This document shows positions 26,901 through 41,153 of a stretch of 64,000 nt of DNA, in pieces; position 1 is the stretch's first letter; each line of letters starts with the position of its first letter. The DNA comes from Chrysomallon squamiferum (lineage: Eukaryota > Animalia > Mollusca), in assembly GCA_012295275.1 (NCBI GenBank), contig CM022672.1, positions 10,974,001 through 11,038,000 of the forward strand. The letters are read 5' to 3'. A model generated the notes under the pieces. That model had not been told where the DNA came from and made no database searches. It was given only the letters and a program-made list of their open reading frames with translations. The position numbers were made by a program, and so were the translations under genes.

Positions 26901-29752
26901 TAATTATCTAATGTGATATAGATTTTTTTTTCTTTTTTAACTTCATTTCTCAAAATAAGTGTTTTAGTTTTATCCATGTTTACCAGTTTTCAATTAGACA
27001 TATCTTTGCAATTGTATGAGCTAACAAGATCATATGAAAATGAATTGGATGAAATTAAGAATGTTTTTGTCCATGTTATATATATTTTAGCTTGATGCTA
27101 AATAGCCCAAATGTAATGCTAAATATTTATCTTTAAGTTGAGCTTAGATGTGTTAAAATACGTATTTATGAAATAATTATGTAAAATAAAAAAAAGTTTT
27201 CTCAGAAGATTATGTTGGTATTTTCGAACATGTGTACAATTTCTTCTGTGATATGTTTGATTTTTTTTACTTTATTTTTTTTTATTTTTTGGATAATGTG
27301 TTGATCTAATATTCTAACACAAGAAAATATTTAGCCATTACAAAAAAAAAAATGTATTAGCTATACTGATGGAATAGCTTCTGTTCATGTTTTTATGGAA
27401 AAGAATAATGTAAAAAATTGTAATTCTGTTAAAATAGATGTTTTAAGATTAATTTGACTGTTTTCAGGATGTTATTGACATGATAGTATTATATATATAT
27501 TTTTTCATTTATTGATTTTTTTAATAATAATGAGCAGAAATGTCACAAACCCAGATCCATTCTTGTGTTCAAGCAATTTGTAAAAATTCTAAATTTCTTT
27601 TTTTCACATTCCATTTCAGAATTTAATATTTTTTTATTTTTTTAAATAAATTTTATGATATTTACTTAATCATGATCGGTAATCTGTGTCCAATATCATT
27701 GAATTATTTATTATATGTGCGTCCACTTTAAATCAAAATTTAATTACATAAAGATATGCGTAAATTCAGAAGGATATGATTTGTAGGTTATTCTTTAAAA
27801 CTAGTTTAGTTTATCTTTGAATTATGTCATTAAAGGTTCATTTTTATTTTAATATCATCTAACCAATTTTATTTCAAATTTCAGAATTTCTTAGACTTTA
27901 AGCAGGTTACTTTTGTGCAATATTTTAGAAATCTTTTAATTTCTATTAAAAAAAATTATTTGTTGATTTATTTATGGTGTTTATGCTATAAACCAAACTG
28001 GAATTATGTTTTGAAAAGTTTTTAATTATTTATCATGTATTCTTTGAAATTTGTTCTCACTGCACTTTGTGAGAAATTGTAAGATTAATTTCTATAATGA
28101 TGTCACCCATTAGTTTTTATTTTAATACATAATAAGATTCCTGTAAAATCATTGGCAAAGTTGCCTTAATCAGCAGTTTTTAAGATTATTTTTACATTTC
28201 AATGACATTATAAAATAAAGGAACACCAGCTGCCATTCAGCTTTTTATAAATTTATAAAAGAATTTAAAAAAAACAGCTGTATGATTGTTTTATTTAGTC
28301 AAAGTTTTTTACAAAGTTTGATGGTTTTTAACTATTTATTGACTATTTGTAGTATTTTCTTTGAAATTGTTTTCTCAACTATCACATTTATTTGACATTT
28401 CTGTGACTTACCATTAAAGATTAAATTCAGTAATACTGTCAACCACTAGTTTATAACAAATATAAATTCATGTTCTCTGTATGTGCAACATTTTAATATT
28501 TTTATAATATGTAGATCTTTAAAAATACTTATTTGGAAGAGTCTAATCATGCATGAACTGTTTATAATATATTCTTTAAAATCTATTTGTCAGTGCTTTC
28601 AGTGATGTCATTAAAGAGTCAATTTTAATTGTTTTGTTATACTTTGAGTTTTGTTGTATTTATTCTCTTCCTGACTGAAGTGTTTCATCACCATCTTATG
28701 GCAAACATATGAACTATGCTAGTACATAACATTTTAAACAGTGACACCTACATGCATGCATGCAGCCCCACAATAAATACAAATTCTCATACACGCATTA
28801 CATTATGTTGCATACATACATATATAATTGAAATGGAAAAAATTACATATTGACCTCTAGGAAATGTCTAAAACTGTCAAATATTTAGTATCTAAGAGTA
28901 TATATTATATGTTATCATATATATTAAAGGATATATTTTAGCTGAATAATATGTATATACACATACACATATAATAAAATAGTAATAATTTACACCAGAA
29001 ACATGACTTTTTCTTTTCTGTTCATTTGACCAAAAAAAAACACACAAAAAACAAAAATAGAAAATCATTTCCCAAATTTATTTTCATTAATGATGAATTA
29101 ACAAATGTAGCATAATGGTTGCAATTCATGATTTATGATCCGAAAAATTTGATTCAATACTAAAAAATCTGCATCAAATAATCATTTTGTATAAAAATCA
29201 TAAACGATATTAATGTAATTTTAAACAATTTAATGCCAAACTCTTAATGTTGTTTGTTTCAAAATAAAATGCTAAAGTGTTTAAAAATAAAAATGACTCT
29301 AGATGATAATGATTTGCCAGTGTGACAAATTTAATGTTTGCTGTAATGGAGCACCACAGACATCTTAACAGTTGTTATGGTATTTGTTTCTATGAGGATA
29401 AATATAATTTGTAAAAAAACAAGAGATTTTTTGTTTGTTTTCAGTTTCTGCATAAATTGTAATGATAAAAAATATTCATCTAAGCAAGATTATAATTTGA
29501 TTTCTAGCCAAAGTTATTCTCTTTATTTTACATTATCAGAAACTTTTTTTAACTTTGAAACTTTTCACTTTCCAGACACAATTAACAAAAAATCTTTTCA
29601 CACCCTGCCATCAACATCTGACATGAACATGAATGATTCAAACAGAAAAAGATTTCTTCCTGACTCATTACAAACATCCATGCTGAAAAACGTGATAGTT
29701 TGGAGTTACCAAGAATTCACATTTCAAAATAACAAACTGTTACTTTTCAATG

Positions 29753-31522
29753 CTATCTTCTCTCTGGCATTCCAATATTTGATGTTGTCTGTTCAAGATA
29801 TGCCAGAGGCCCCCCTTGGGGATAAGAAGGGGGAGGCTGGGGAGGAGGCATGAAGTTTTGGGGAACAGGCCCTGGAGGCATGCCTGGTCCCATCTTTGGT
29901 GGACCTGGATAGGGGGACATGGGAGCATGCTGTTGAGGCATCATTGGTTGCATGTTCATCTGGGTGGGGGTCTGTGGTTGTTGCGGTGGAGGTTGTGGAG
30001 GCATGGATTGACCTGAAGTGTTGCCCTGCATGCTGCGTAACATTGTCTGCCATTGTTGTAGACGTTCATGGTGTTTTTCTATCAGTTTTTCTTTACGGTC
30101 AAGTTCTATCTTCAAATCTTGAATATCCTATAGAAAAAATAAAAAATTTAAAGAACATTTAATTTGTAGTTAGCTGGTGAGGTTTTTTTTCAGAATTTTA
30201 AAGCAAACTTTTGGCACAAATTAAATAAAATATAAATTTTTAAACAAACATTTGCATTTTAAATAAAATCTATTTTCATACCAGTATTTATAATATATGA
30301 TTTGTGAATATATTTACTTCTCAATAATTAAAATTTTTCAACTATAATTTGTTTCTTAACGAACAGGAATCATGGAATTTGGACATATTTAAATAATGTT
30401 AATATAGAAATGTTTATTTAATAGCACTATGTATTTCTCCTAACACTATGATATTCAAAATCAAATTAATTATTAATACCTCTTTGAGAACCTGATCAGG
30501 TTTTTGAGTGGATACAATAAGCCTCTGACTTAGAAAATGGGCTTCAGTCTGTCTAGCCAAATCTAAAAACTTCTGAAGAGAATGCTCAACACCTAGAAAA
30601 AATAAAAAAAAACATTTTATCATTAAAGAATTTAACTGACAATGTAAAAATAAATTTAAAGATGAATAAGTAAATAAATAATCTTATGATCAGTAAACTG
30701 CCCTGTTAAATAACCAGTAACACTAATGAATTTGATCTAATCTCCTCAGAACTGAAACGACCACATTATTATTTTGTTATATATTACAGTTTAGTGTTTT
30801 CCCTATACTGGATTAGGAGGGTGGTCCACTCTACTCCTTTTTGGGGCAATCCTTGCACCCAAAGTTATGAAAATACCTATCTCATCTGCCTAAATTCTCA
30901 GTAAAATGTATCAATAATTATTGCAATACTGCCTCAAATCCGTCAATAATTATTGCTGTCTGCTGGCATCAATTTGTCAAGCAAACAACAAATTTTAGCA
31001 CTAATAAACAAATACCAACAACACTTTTTAATGCAAATTTTTTTTTCAAGATATATGATATCTTGTCAATGCTGCCTTTTTGAAGACAAGTTGTAAGAAA
31101 AATAATGCTCCCTTTTGTACCCTTTTTTCAGTCTGGGGGAAATGTAAGGTCTTCCCCAAAAGGGGCAGGGTGGGCTGCCTTTGCATCCAAAATTCAGAAA
31201 ATACCCACCTCGTTTGCCTAAATTTCTCAAAAAAATTTACCAATAATTACTGCAATATTGTTCAAATATATCTATAAATTATTGTTGTCTGCAGGCAATT
31301 TTAGCACAAATAAACATATACAAATGACACTTTTTAGTATATTCATATATTCAAGAATGTTTAACTACGAAACCTTGTCAATTCTGTCCTTTTGAAGTGC
31401 GTTTTCTACCTGCACACTGCCCTATTTTCAGTATGGGGGAAACACTAATATTATATGTCATTCATCAATTTTCATTATCATACAGTTTATGACAAACACA
31501 CACTCCCACCCACACACACACA

Positions 31523-31560
<38 letters not shown>

Positions 31561-31808
31561 TACAAACTGAGATAAGAAAAATGCTTTGAATAAAATTATG
31601 AAAGGCATTTTCCTTGGTAATTTTGCTACAGTTTGCAGATATTTAATATATTGAAAAAAACAAAAACAAAGAAATTTAAATAAATAAATAAATAAATAAT
31701 TGTACATAAAGCAAAAATATAAATTTAATAAACATTTACCTGTCTTTGTTTCTTCTGAATCAGTTACATTAAAATATTCCTGAGTTGTAAGTTGAGCAAT
31801 ACAGTTCT

Positions 31809-31849
<41 letters not shown>

Positions 31850-32613
31850 TAATAGTAGTAGTAGTAGTAGTATTAACAGTGGTAGTAGCTGCTGTAATAG
31901 AATAAGCAAGATATTTTGTATGTATAAAATTAGAAACATCATACTGAAGTGTTATCTTTGGTTTAAACAATTTTTTTTTTTTTTTTTTTTTTAAATTAAC
32001 ATTATGTTCTGAAAACAGTCACTATATAATATATTAATACTGTATATTGTACACATAAAAATAAATGCATGACCAGCGTCCGTGTAGTCATTGTATTTGT
32101 TTTGTTTTAGACTTATCTTTGAAACTGTTTGATTACTAGTTTTCTTTTTAACATCTAATGACTCACAATATTTTCTACGTAATAAATCAATGACTTTTGA
32201 ACAGTGACTGATGCCATCGATGCAAGAATTTGAAGAAAACACTGGACTTAACAATGTCAACGAAGCCAAACTTTATAATATGATGAATATAAAAATAAAA
32301 TAATTTGATAAATAAAACAGTCACTTCGAGATTATTCCGAAGATATAAATATATGATGTGTTTGCATGATTAAAATTATATTCTATAGCTACCAAAACGA
32401 AAACCGTGTTATAATTAATTTTATTTATTTAAATATTTATTTATTTATTATTTTTAATTTCTATTAGGTTTTCTTTATTGTGTGTGTGTAAGGTTTTTAA
32501 TCTGGTTACGCACAGATACGATTCATTTATAATTATTTTAGGGAAACCTGAAATGCTGTTTCAAAGTCGTCGATTAAATGTGGTGGACGATCTTGTTCAC
32601 CGAAGGCTGCCAT
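29753..32613 (-). CDS. MED28: Mediator complex subunit 28; 4 exons, 206 aa
   Basis: Exons 32548-32613, 31740-31806, 30480-30592 and 29753-30127 sum to 621 nt. The translation is [114 protein letters not shown]. Confidence 0.96.
30792..31447. mobile_element. Degenerate MITE-like element (possibly hAT) with an internal duplication of about 300 bp, in MED28 intron 2
   Basis: Imperfect terminal inverted repeats TAGTGTTTTCCCTATACTGGATTAGG and CCTATTTTCAGTATGGGGGAAACACTA. A second right-end-like copy lies at about 31120-31145. No clean TSD. Confidence 0.55.
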
Positions 32614-32820
32614 ATTTATTGTTGTTTCTAATTCGTGAATTGTCGTTTAGTCCGGAAATTTCCTACGATAATTGCCGAATTCGTGCACCTGTCACTAAAG
32701 GGAGATAACAAAGCAGACAAAAGAATAATAAGTTTCAGGTTTTATATGTTGATCAACAAGAACCACATATTTTCTTAACGAACAGATTATTTACTAAGAT
32801 GTCTACATAACAAAGTAAGA
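32614..32820. promoter_or_regulatory. Putative bidirectional promoter MED28/TMEM127 with a probable non-coding first exon of TMEM127
   Basis: CpG-containing stretch with CCGGAAAT at about 32652 and a candidate plus-strand donor GTAAGA at 32815. The TMEM127 ATG exon begins with an acceptor (TTTTCAG, about 34017), which implies an upstream 5'UTR exon. Confidence 0.55.
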
Positions 32821-33306
32821 CTAAATACTTATATAGTACAACTTATAGTTACTTATTTGTTTGTGATGTATTCATATATCATGTTTTGTTTTTTAACTTT
32901 GATTGGGAACTTCCTGGTGTTATCGGCTATGCTGTTTTTAGGGGGTTTTTTTGGGGTGTATTTTTTTTTTTTCTTTTTTTTTTTTCAGTTCACTTCACTT
33001 ATCAAATAACTAAGAGTAATTATCAGTTTCATTTCTGGAGATATCACGTTATTGCATAATAATTTGAAATAACAACGAAACAGAAAGATTACAAAAATGT
33101 TAATTGTTTTAAATGTAAACCCGATCCATATGTTATTAATTAACTTTTTTGTTATAATTAACTCGAAATCAAGATGATAACATTTATTAACCAAATTTGT
33201 TTGCTCCAAATAAAATAATAACAATTTATATTTTTATAGGCAATAACAGTGAAATATGTTTTGTACATTTAGTTAATGTTTTAATATTTACAAATAAATA
33301 TTTTAC

Positions 33307-33340
<34 letters not shown>

Positions 33341-34039
33341 TTTTTTTTTTTTAAGTTCTCATATTTCACTAACTTGAAGTAGTTAAAATAAATATATATT
33401 CTGTATAAATTTAAACACAAAATCATTTTAAATAATATAAATTAATTAACTTTGACAGTAGATTCTATTTGTAATGAAAAATAATTTTTGAATACAATTG
33501 TCAGAATCATTTGGCTACAAAAAAGATAAAAGTTAGATGTGGAAACAATGAGTTAATTATTTAAAAAATAATAAAAATTAGAACAATAACATCAAAAATA
33601 AACACGAAAGAACGTTTTCTTATACATTGTGGTCACATTAGTGTGTAACGTGATGGGGTTTTTTTGGACAGAAAATTTCTCTGTTAATATATTTCCACTT
33701 TGTTCATTTTGTTGAATTTTGGTGATCATTTTTAGTTACTGAAATAAAATATAAATCTTGTTGCCTGAAATCGTTCTTCAAAATTAGAGTTCAGTACTTG
33801 TACAAAAGTAATAAACACATTCATTTTCATATACACACAACACACATTATTATGATGATATAAATGATATATCTCAAACACACAAATTTTTTTGTTTTCT
33901 TTGCAGTTTAAAAACACACACTATTATTATTTTCCTTTTTTATTTTAATTTTTTTTTTTTTTTTTTTTAGCAAAAAACATTTAATAATCTACAAATCATT
34001 TCAGTTTTGGTTTTCAGGGTGAACTGAGACGTTTTCAAG

Positions 34040-37000
34040 ATGCCAAGCAACTCCAACAATCAGAGAAGCAGTTCAAGAGGAAATGGCCGAACATCTCGGA
34101 GAAGCCATCGCTCCCGTAGTCGACACAGGGAACGAGAAAGCCGAAGTCACAGTCGCTATCGTAGCCGTTTCCGTTTCAAACACAAGGAGAGAAATTTCGC
34201 TGCCGCTGTGTGCAGTATGGTTTCCATTGTTATAATATGTGTGGCACTTGCTGAACCAAAGTGGATTTCCCTTAAGGGCGGAGGATGTGGACTTGAATAT
34301 CGAACGCCTGGGGGACTTCATTTCCTTGGCGTCTTCCAGTTTTTCTATACAGGACACTTTATATCACCTTCTCAGTATAAGTATGGACCTGGAGTCACTG
34401 ACAGTAAGATATTTTCTTGTTTACATTGTTATGCTTTCTGTTTAATTTATAAAAATGGCAGTGACATAGATTCTTAATTTTATTCGTTATGCCTATCTGT
34501 GTGGAAGAATGGAATGCCTGTTTTTTTTTTTTTTTTTTTTGTACAGATAAATATACAGTTTATTTTTATTCACATTTTTTTTTTCTTTTCTGTGGCACAT
34601 TCATGCAAAAGATAAAGAAGTTATTTATTAAAAATGTACACATGGTCGTAATAGTCAAATATTACATGTTTGACATAAATTACACACACATATATTATAA
34701 ACTATACCAGTTTGTAAATATGTGTGTGTGTGAGTTAATATGTGGTATTTATTATGTAAACTCTCTAATTTGTTTTAACAACAAGAGCAGTATAAAACAG
34801 ACATATTGTACTGTGTTGACAGTTCTATGCCATAACAGTTTTGTTTCATTGCAGTAAGTGGTGTGTGTATGTGTGTGTTAGAGAGGCAGATATCACATAT
34901 AATTTGTAATTTGCATGGTATTTATTAATACTAAACCACTTTGTTTCATCAAATTTAGAACAGTTTATTTTAGTATGTGGTTTTCAAATATATTTATCTA
35001 GCATCAATAAAGCATAAATAAGTACGATAAATTATATTTCAACAAATACAAAATGTGTAGTTGAAACAATGTGCTTACTTATAAATGTTAACATATCCTG
35101 CTGTAACAATGATTTACTTATATTGTATATGCATATGTATATGTTTTTATATATGTATATGTATGTATGTATATATGTATTACCTATATATATATATATA
35201 TATATGCAGCTTTCAGAAGGCAAAATAATATAAAACACACACACATACACATAAGCTTATACATGCATATATACTGTACTATACAATTACAGTTTAGTAA
35301 ACAATAGTCATATATTTTTACCAGCATGTGGCCAGTGTAGTTTTGTGTTAACCATTCAAATACTTGAAATAGCAAACTTCCTGGTGAGTTAATTATAGGT
35401 ATTAAGTTACTTTTAAGTATTTTTAACAGTAGCTGAATAAAACAAAGAACAAAACATAACCTAAAACAATTAGTATTTTTTTCCTTACATTTAAATAGTG
35501 TTTATGTATATTTTATTTTTGAAAAATTGCCATACACATACCAATTTTTATAAGTTTCCGTAGTTTCAATTTTTAATAAAGATACATTTTTTTTTATCAA
35601 AAACATTTGAGGGAAAAAACAAATGAAAATCTATTTTGTTCTTTATATTTTTTGGTGTGTGTGTGTGTGTGTGTGTGTGTGAACGTGAGTGGGTAATGTT
35701 TAACAGGATTCCACATTTGATCATGTTTCTCCTGGGATCAGTTTTGGACATCATCTTTCAGTTGTCAGTGTATAGACAGACAGACAGACACACAGACAGA
35801 TAGATTGGTTTAGACATATTGATGAAGAGAGATAGATATGATTTATAAACTTCCATATCTAAGAGTAGATTTGCACAGATAAATATAAACATTTGATGAC
35901 ATAAAATTTCTTTTTCTGAGGGTTTTAATTTTGATATGCCACTTTTGTTCATTTATTTCATTTTAATTCTTTACATTTATTTCTGTTTCATGTACATACA
36001 TAGGCAGATAAGCAGGCAGGCAGACATTTTCTGACAGAAAAGAAACAAAATATATGTTTATTTATATTTTTAAACTTATGTTTTTATTTATATAAAAGTC
36101 TAAACTGACATACAATATTTATTTGGCATCTGGTGGGTTTTATTTTGAAAGTAATGTTTTTTAGCATCATTAGTATATTTTTATCTTTTATCTTTTATTT
36201 ACTTGTATCTATACATATATTCAGTTATGAATTATCTGTACATGTATAATACAATATATTTAGTTCTTTGTTTTATTTTATTAATATTTATTTCTATATT
36301 ACATTTATATATGTATAATACAATATATTTATTTCTGTACTTATTTATTTTTTTATTTTTTATATATTTAGATATTATAGTTATTATTTACAGCAAATTT
36401 ATTTCTGTAATTTATTTTATTCATATTTTTTCATTTATTCGGGTTATACAAAATAGATAAGATATATGTATAATACCATATATTTATTTCTGTATTTTAT
36501 TTTATTCATATTTATTCATGTATTTTGGTTATATATAACATATATGTATAATACGGCATATTTATTTCTGTATTTTATTTATTTGTATTTATTTGTATTT
36601 ATTTATTTGTATTTGTTTCTGTATTTCAGATATGTATTTTTATATATATATATATATATTTCAGTTATGACCAACTGCGTGACTTACAAGGCAGTCGTAC
36701 TGTTCAAAGGGATGATAACTTTAACATTTTTTGCAATTCTGTTTGGACTCGGAGCTTTTCTGCTTGATTTGATTGGATGTGTTCAGTCTGGTTTGAAACT
36801 GATTCACAGGAATGCTGTCCTTAGTATAGTAACCAGTAAGTACAGGGTTTGTAAAATACTTGCATGGACTGAAATGTACAATATATAGGATGAAAATTAA
36901 ATAATTTATTTAACAGTTGCTCAGTACACCTATACATTTCTAATTATAAGTATTTTGATAAATAAAATGATTAAAGTAATATTTTGTTTCCTTCCACTGA

Positions 37001-37943
37001 AATATTTCTTATCCATTATTTTTTGGGGGACAAAACATTTTTTACTTCGATATATTGCATGTTAGTTACACATCTGTTGTTCAAAGTTACTTTTTACCAT
37101 TATAAAAACAGGTTTTATTTAAAAAAAATAATAAATAAATTTGTGGGTGTTTTTTTCAATGTATAGTTTTTGTAGGTGACAGTGAAATCAGTAAGCATAT
37201 ATTTACTACTCAAGAGAGTGAGAGTCATAAAAGAGTTAATTTGATTTAGTTTTTGTATTATTTAGAATTACAGGATAAAAGAAATAACAGGTTACTGCTC
37301 AGTAAACCAGCTTTATCCTGATTACTGGTATTCTAATCTTAATAGGATAAACCTCATTCCCTGAGTATTCACATGAAATCAAATAACCATTTTTTTAAAC
37401 TCACTACTCAAAATAACACTCTTTTTTTTCCTTTTGACGGCAATCTATAATTTGATTTTTTTATCTGCTGTTTTTATTTATCATGATATTAATTTTTATA
37501 TTCTTCTTTTTTTCTTTTTTTTGTCAGCTGTATTGTGTGTTGCTGTCAACATGTTCTGCTACTGGATATCAACGGTCGTAGAAATACTTCAGAAGGAGAC
37601 TAAATTACATTACGGCAGCAAAGTCGAAGTGACGTTCGACGTCAGTTTTTACCTCATCACCGCAGCCGGGAGCCTGTCTGTGTTTGCCGTTGCATGCAAC
37701 TGTCTGCGTCGCTACCCCGTGCATGAGGACTCCCACGTCTCTCCACTGACAGACGACTACGACGACCTCGAGGCTCTGATTGCGCGAACTCCAGACATAT
37801 CCCAGATGTTGCACATGCCACCACCTCCAGCCTACACACCAACACCAACCACAGCAGCATGTGCCACGACAACTACCACAACAAATTCAGCACCAACAAG
37901 TCCCACGATTACTATAGCAACAGCATCAGCCAGTGAGGCTTAA
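34040..37943 (+). CDS. TMEM127: Transmembrane protein 127; 3 coding exons, 316 aa
   Basis: Exons 34040-34403, 36665-36835 and 37528-37943 sum to 951 nt. The motifs ERNFAAA..CVALAEPKWISLKGGGC, AFLLDLIG, FCYW, GSKVEVTFDVSFYLITAAG, NCLRRYP and PPPAYTP are characteristic of TMEM127. Confidence 0.95.
36200..36660. repeat. AT-rich degenerate minisatellite in a TMEM127 intron
   Basis: ATGTATAATAC..TATATTTATTTCTGTA units recur at about 36242, 36311, 36466 and 36544. Confidence 0.7.
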
Positions 37944-40900
37944 ATTTTTTTTAAATTTTTTATTTAAATTTAAATGAAATATTTATTGTGGTTTTAATTA
38001 TTCTTCACAAGCACATTAACTTATAGTTACTATGCAGAAGTTAGTTTTAATCCAAAAAAAAAAGTTAAATAAAATTCTTGTTTTAATTGTTTAAATTATG
38101 CTTGTGTTGTTTGTGGTGGTCTTGTAGAAATTGCCAGTTATTTCTGAAATTCGAGGTGTTGAAAAATATAAGTCGAGTCTTTTTATAAATGGATAAGTAA
38201 AAATTATATTAATGATCAGACTTTTGGTGATGTAACATTTGAACATTAATACAAGATTAAACTGTTGTTCAGACAAGTTAACACGATAGGATTTTATAGC
38301 TGCAACTTAACCAGTATAAACCACTAACCCACACTTCTTTCTGCTTCTTGTAATATATATATTTGTACAAGAATCTCATTATAGTTGTGTAACATTTTTT
38401 TTTTTTTTTATTGAACTCTTGCAATTAAGAAAGAACACATCCATGGCAAAGTAAATGTCATTGAAAAACAGTGATCAAAACATCATGTCTGCTGCTCTAA
38501 ATAGTAAAAACATCCAAAAATAACAACGAAGTAGGAAAGGGAGGGGAAAAAAATGATGACTAGAATTTATTTCCAGTGTATTGGAGAATGCAGTATATCT
38601 GCTATGATATGGCATTATTAAAAAATATATATTTGCCTGATAACAAAAGTGAAATTAGCCAATGAATTATATTCATGGATTTTTTTTTGGTTCTCTGTAT
38701 AAATTATCAAATTATACTTTTATTATTTATTTTTATCAAAAAACTAAAATGTTCACAGATGATTATTATTATTTTTGTTTTTAATATAATATATATAACT
38801 GGTAGAGTATCAAACTATAAAAATGTATTTTGTAATAACAAGAATGAAATTAGCCAGTATTTAATGTTTTAATTCTAGATAACCAAGTTAAAAAAAAAAA
38901 AAATGATTTTTTTTTTTTTTAAACCAAATATTAAACTAATAATAATCTTTTATGCAAGGCTTTTTTTTTTTTTTTTTTTTGCCACTTCTTTTTTTTGTGT
39001 GTTGTAATAACTACTTAATGAATGTATTTTGTAATTTTATGTCTTTTAACTTCCAAAATAATATTGTGATAACCAATTTTGTAAATAATTGTATGATTGG
39101 TAAATAATTACTATTTATGGTTTATTTTACATGGCTTATTTTGTAAGCAATATGGAGCCATTTTTGTTTTAATTCAGTTGTGAGTTGCTTCCCTTCCCAT
39201 GATTACTAGTTCATTTGCTTATAATAATAATAATAAGAAGAAGAATTTAATAGAATAATCTTTATATTTACAACAACAAAAAATAATTTTAGTTCTCATG
39301 AATTATTCTTTATATCTAAAAATTAGTTTTATTTATTTATTAAACAATTTAAAAAAAAAAAAAAAATTGTTTTTGTTTAGGTGTAATCTGAACTAAACAA
39401 TTGCATTAACTAAATATTGTTATATTGCTTTATATATTAAGTAAATACAGAGTAACGCAATTACAACTTTTCCTGATAACTTTTTAAAGTTAAAATTTTT
39501 ACTTTTAAATTATTATTTTTTTAAACAAAACCTTTTAATTTTGACATTATTTTAAATTTTAAAGGTCAAAATATATACTTTTAAAATTTACTTAAATATA
39601 TGATATTCATGTAAAAGAACCTCCCATTTAATTTGGATATATATTTATGTAAAAAAGCTCAACCTGGACATAAAAAACATTTGTATTTTTAAAATTTATT
39701 TGCATATTTAATTTTAGCAGTGCTCTTAAATTAACTCAATTCATATCAGATTTTTATTCTTGTATATCTGGGATTGAGAAAATGGCACTAACAAATCTTA
39801 GTGTTATGCTGTGGAAGCAATAACTTTAATATTTATATAATTTAAACATATTTATTCAAAACATCTGTAAACCTGTTTTAATTTCTTTATCAGTTTTCTT
39901 ATGAATATTATTGTACTTAATACTGTTTTCATTTTCATTTATACATAATGACATACATACATGCATTTATTTGTACATACATATGTAACCACTGTATTAA
40001 TTAAAATATTAAAATGTACTGCTGTTGTTATCTAAATTTATTTTATTATTGTTTCACCTGTGTTGTATTTACACACCTGTATTCCAGAAATTGTTATCTA
40101 TATTTTGTTTTTAAATTTTAAATTTTTTTTTTTTTTTTTTTTTGAACCTATCATGTCGCAGTTGAGAAAAAAGTATTAAGTAACCACACACATGAATATT
40201 TTTGTTATTAAACTGCTAAATGTTTAAATCTTGTTATTGGCCAACGAAAATCAGGTTTTATTCTCATCACCAAGCTTTTCTTGAAGAATTTGCTAAAAAT
40301 TAACCACATCAGCATAAAAAGAAGTAACAAATAATAAAATATTTGGAATATTAAATAAAACAGGGTTAAAAAAATAAAATAAAAATAGACTGTTTTCAAT
40401 ATAATAAAATCTTTCAGTATTTTATTTCGGAAGTGTAGAAAATTTTTATCTTTTCAAAAGAATATTATTTTTGTAATTAACAAATGAAAATGTCATCTCT
40501 TTTTTGGGAGTATTTTTAATATATGAAAAATTTCACCGAGTTGTAACTCTGATTTCATTTGTACTTTAAGAACCACTAAATTGTATGACTTCATTTGAAT
40601 TTATTCATATTGTCAAATACAAATTAATGTTTACAAAGTAAGTTGTTAAAAACAACAGTATGAGTATGTTTGAGGGGTTGTAGGTGTATGTATATGAATC
40701 ATTGTGCATATGTGTGTGTGTTTGTCTATCTGATATTTTTCATGCTCATAATTTGAATACAAAAACTGTTTTAAAATTGCAATTTTCATTACTAATAAAG
40801 TATATGGTATATCTTTGCTTATAAGCTTAACATAGAATTTGTTTTAAATTAGAATTTTGTATTAATTAGTCGTTTATAAATTACCTGCTTGAAAGCGCAT

Positions 40901-41153
40901 GATATATTTGATGGTCATAAATTTCAACACAAGTTTTTTTTCAAAGATTTTGTAACTAATTTTAATTTTAATGAGTATTTCAAAACAATCTTGAAAAAAT
41001 AGAAAATCTATACATATATAAAAAAAAAATAATAATAATAATAAAACTAGAAAATGTGTATTTTTAATCTAAAAATATATGTGTATAATGTTGAGAAACC
41101 TAAATATTTTTAAAATAATGTTTTAACTGTTTATGATAAATTAAATGAAAGTA

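Noticed and set aside
29377-30162. Plus-strand ORFs opposite MED28
   Set aside because: They are antisense shadows of the MED28 last exon and 3'UTR.
31991-32269. 92-aa ORF as a possible MED28 first exon
   Set aside because: The true first exon is 32548-32613 ([10 protein letters not shown]). This ORF is intronic and shows no recognisable similarity.
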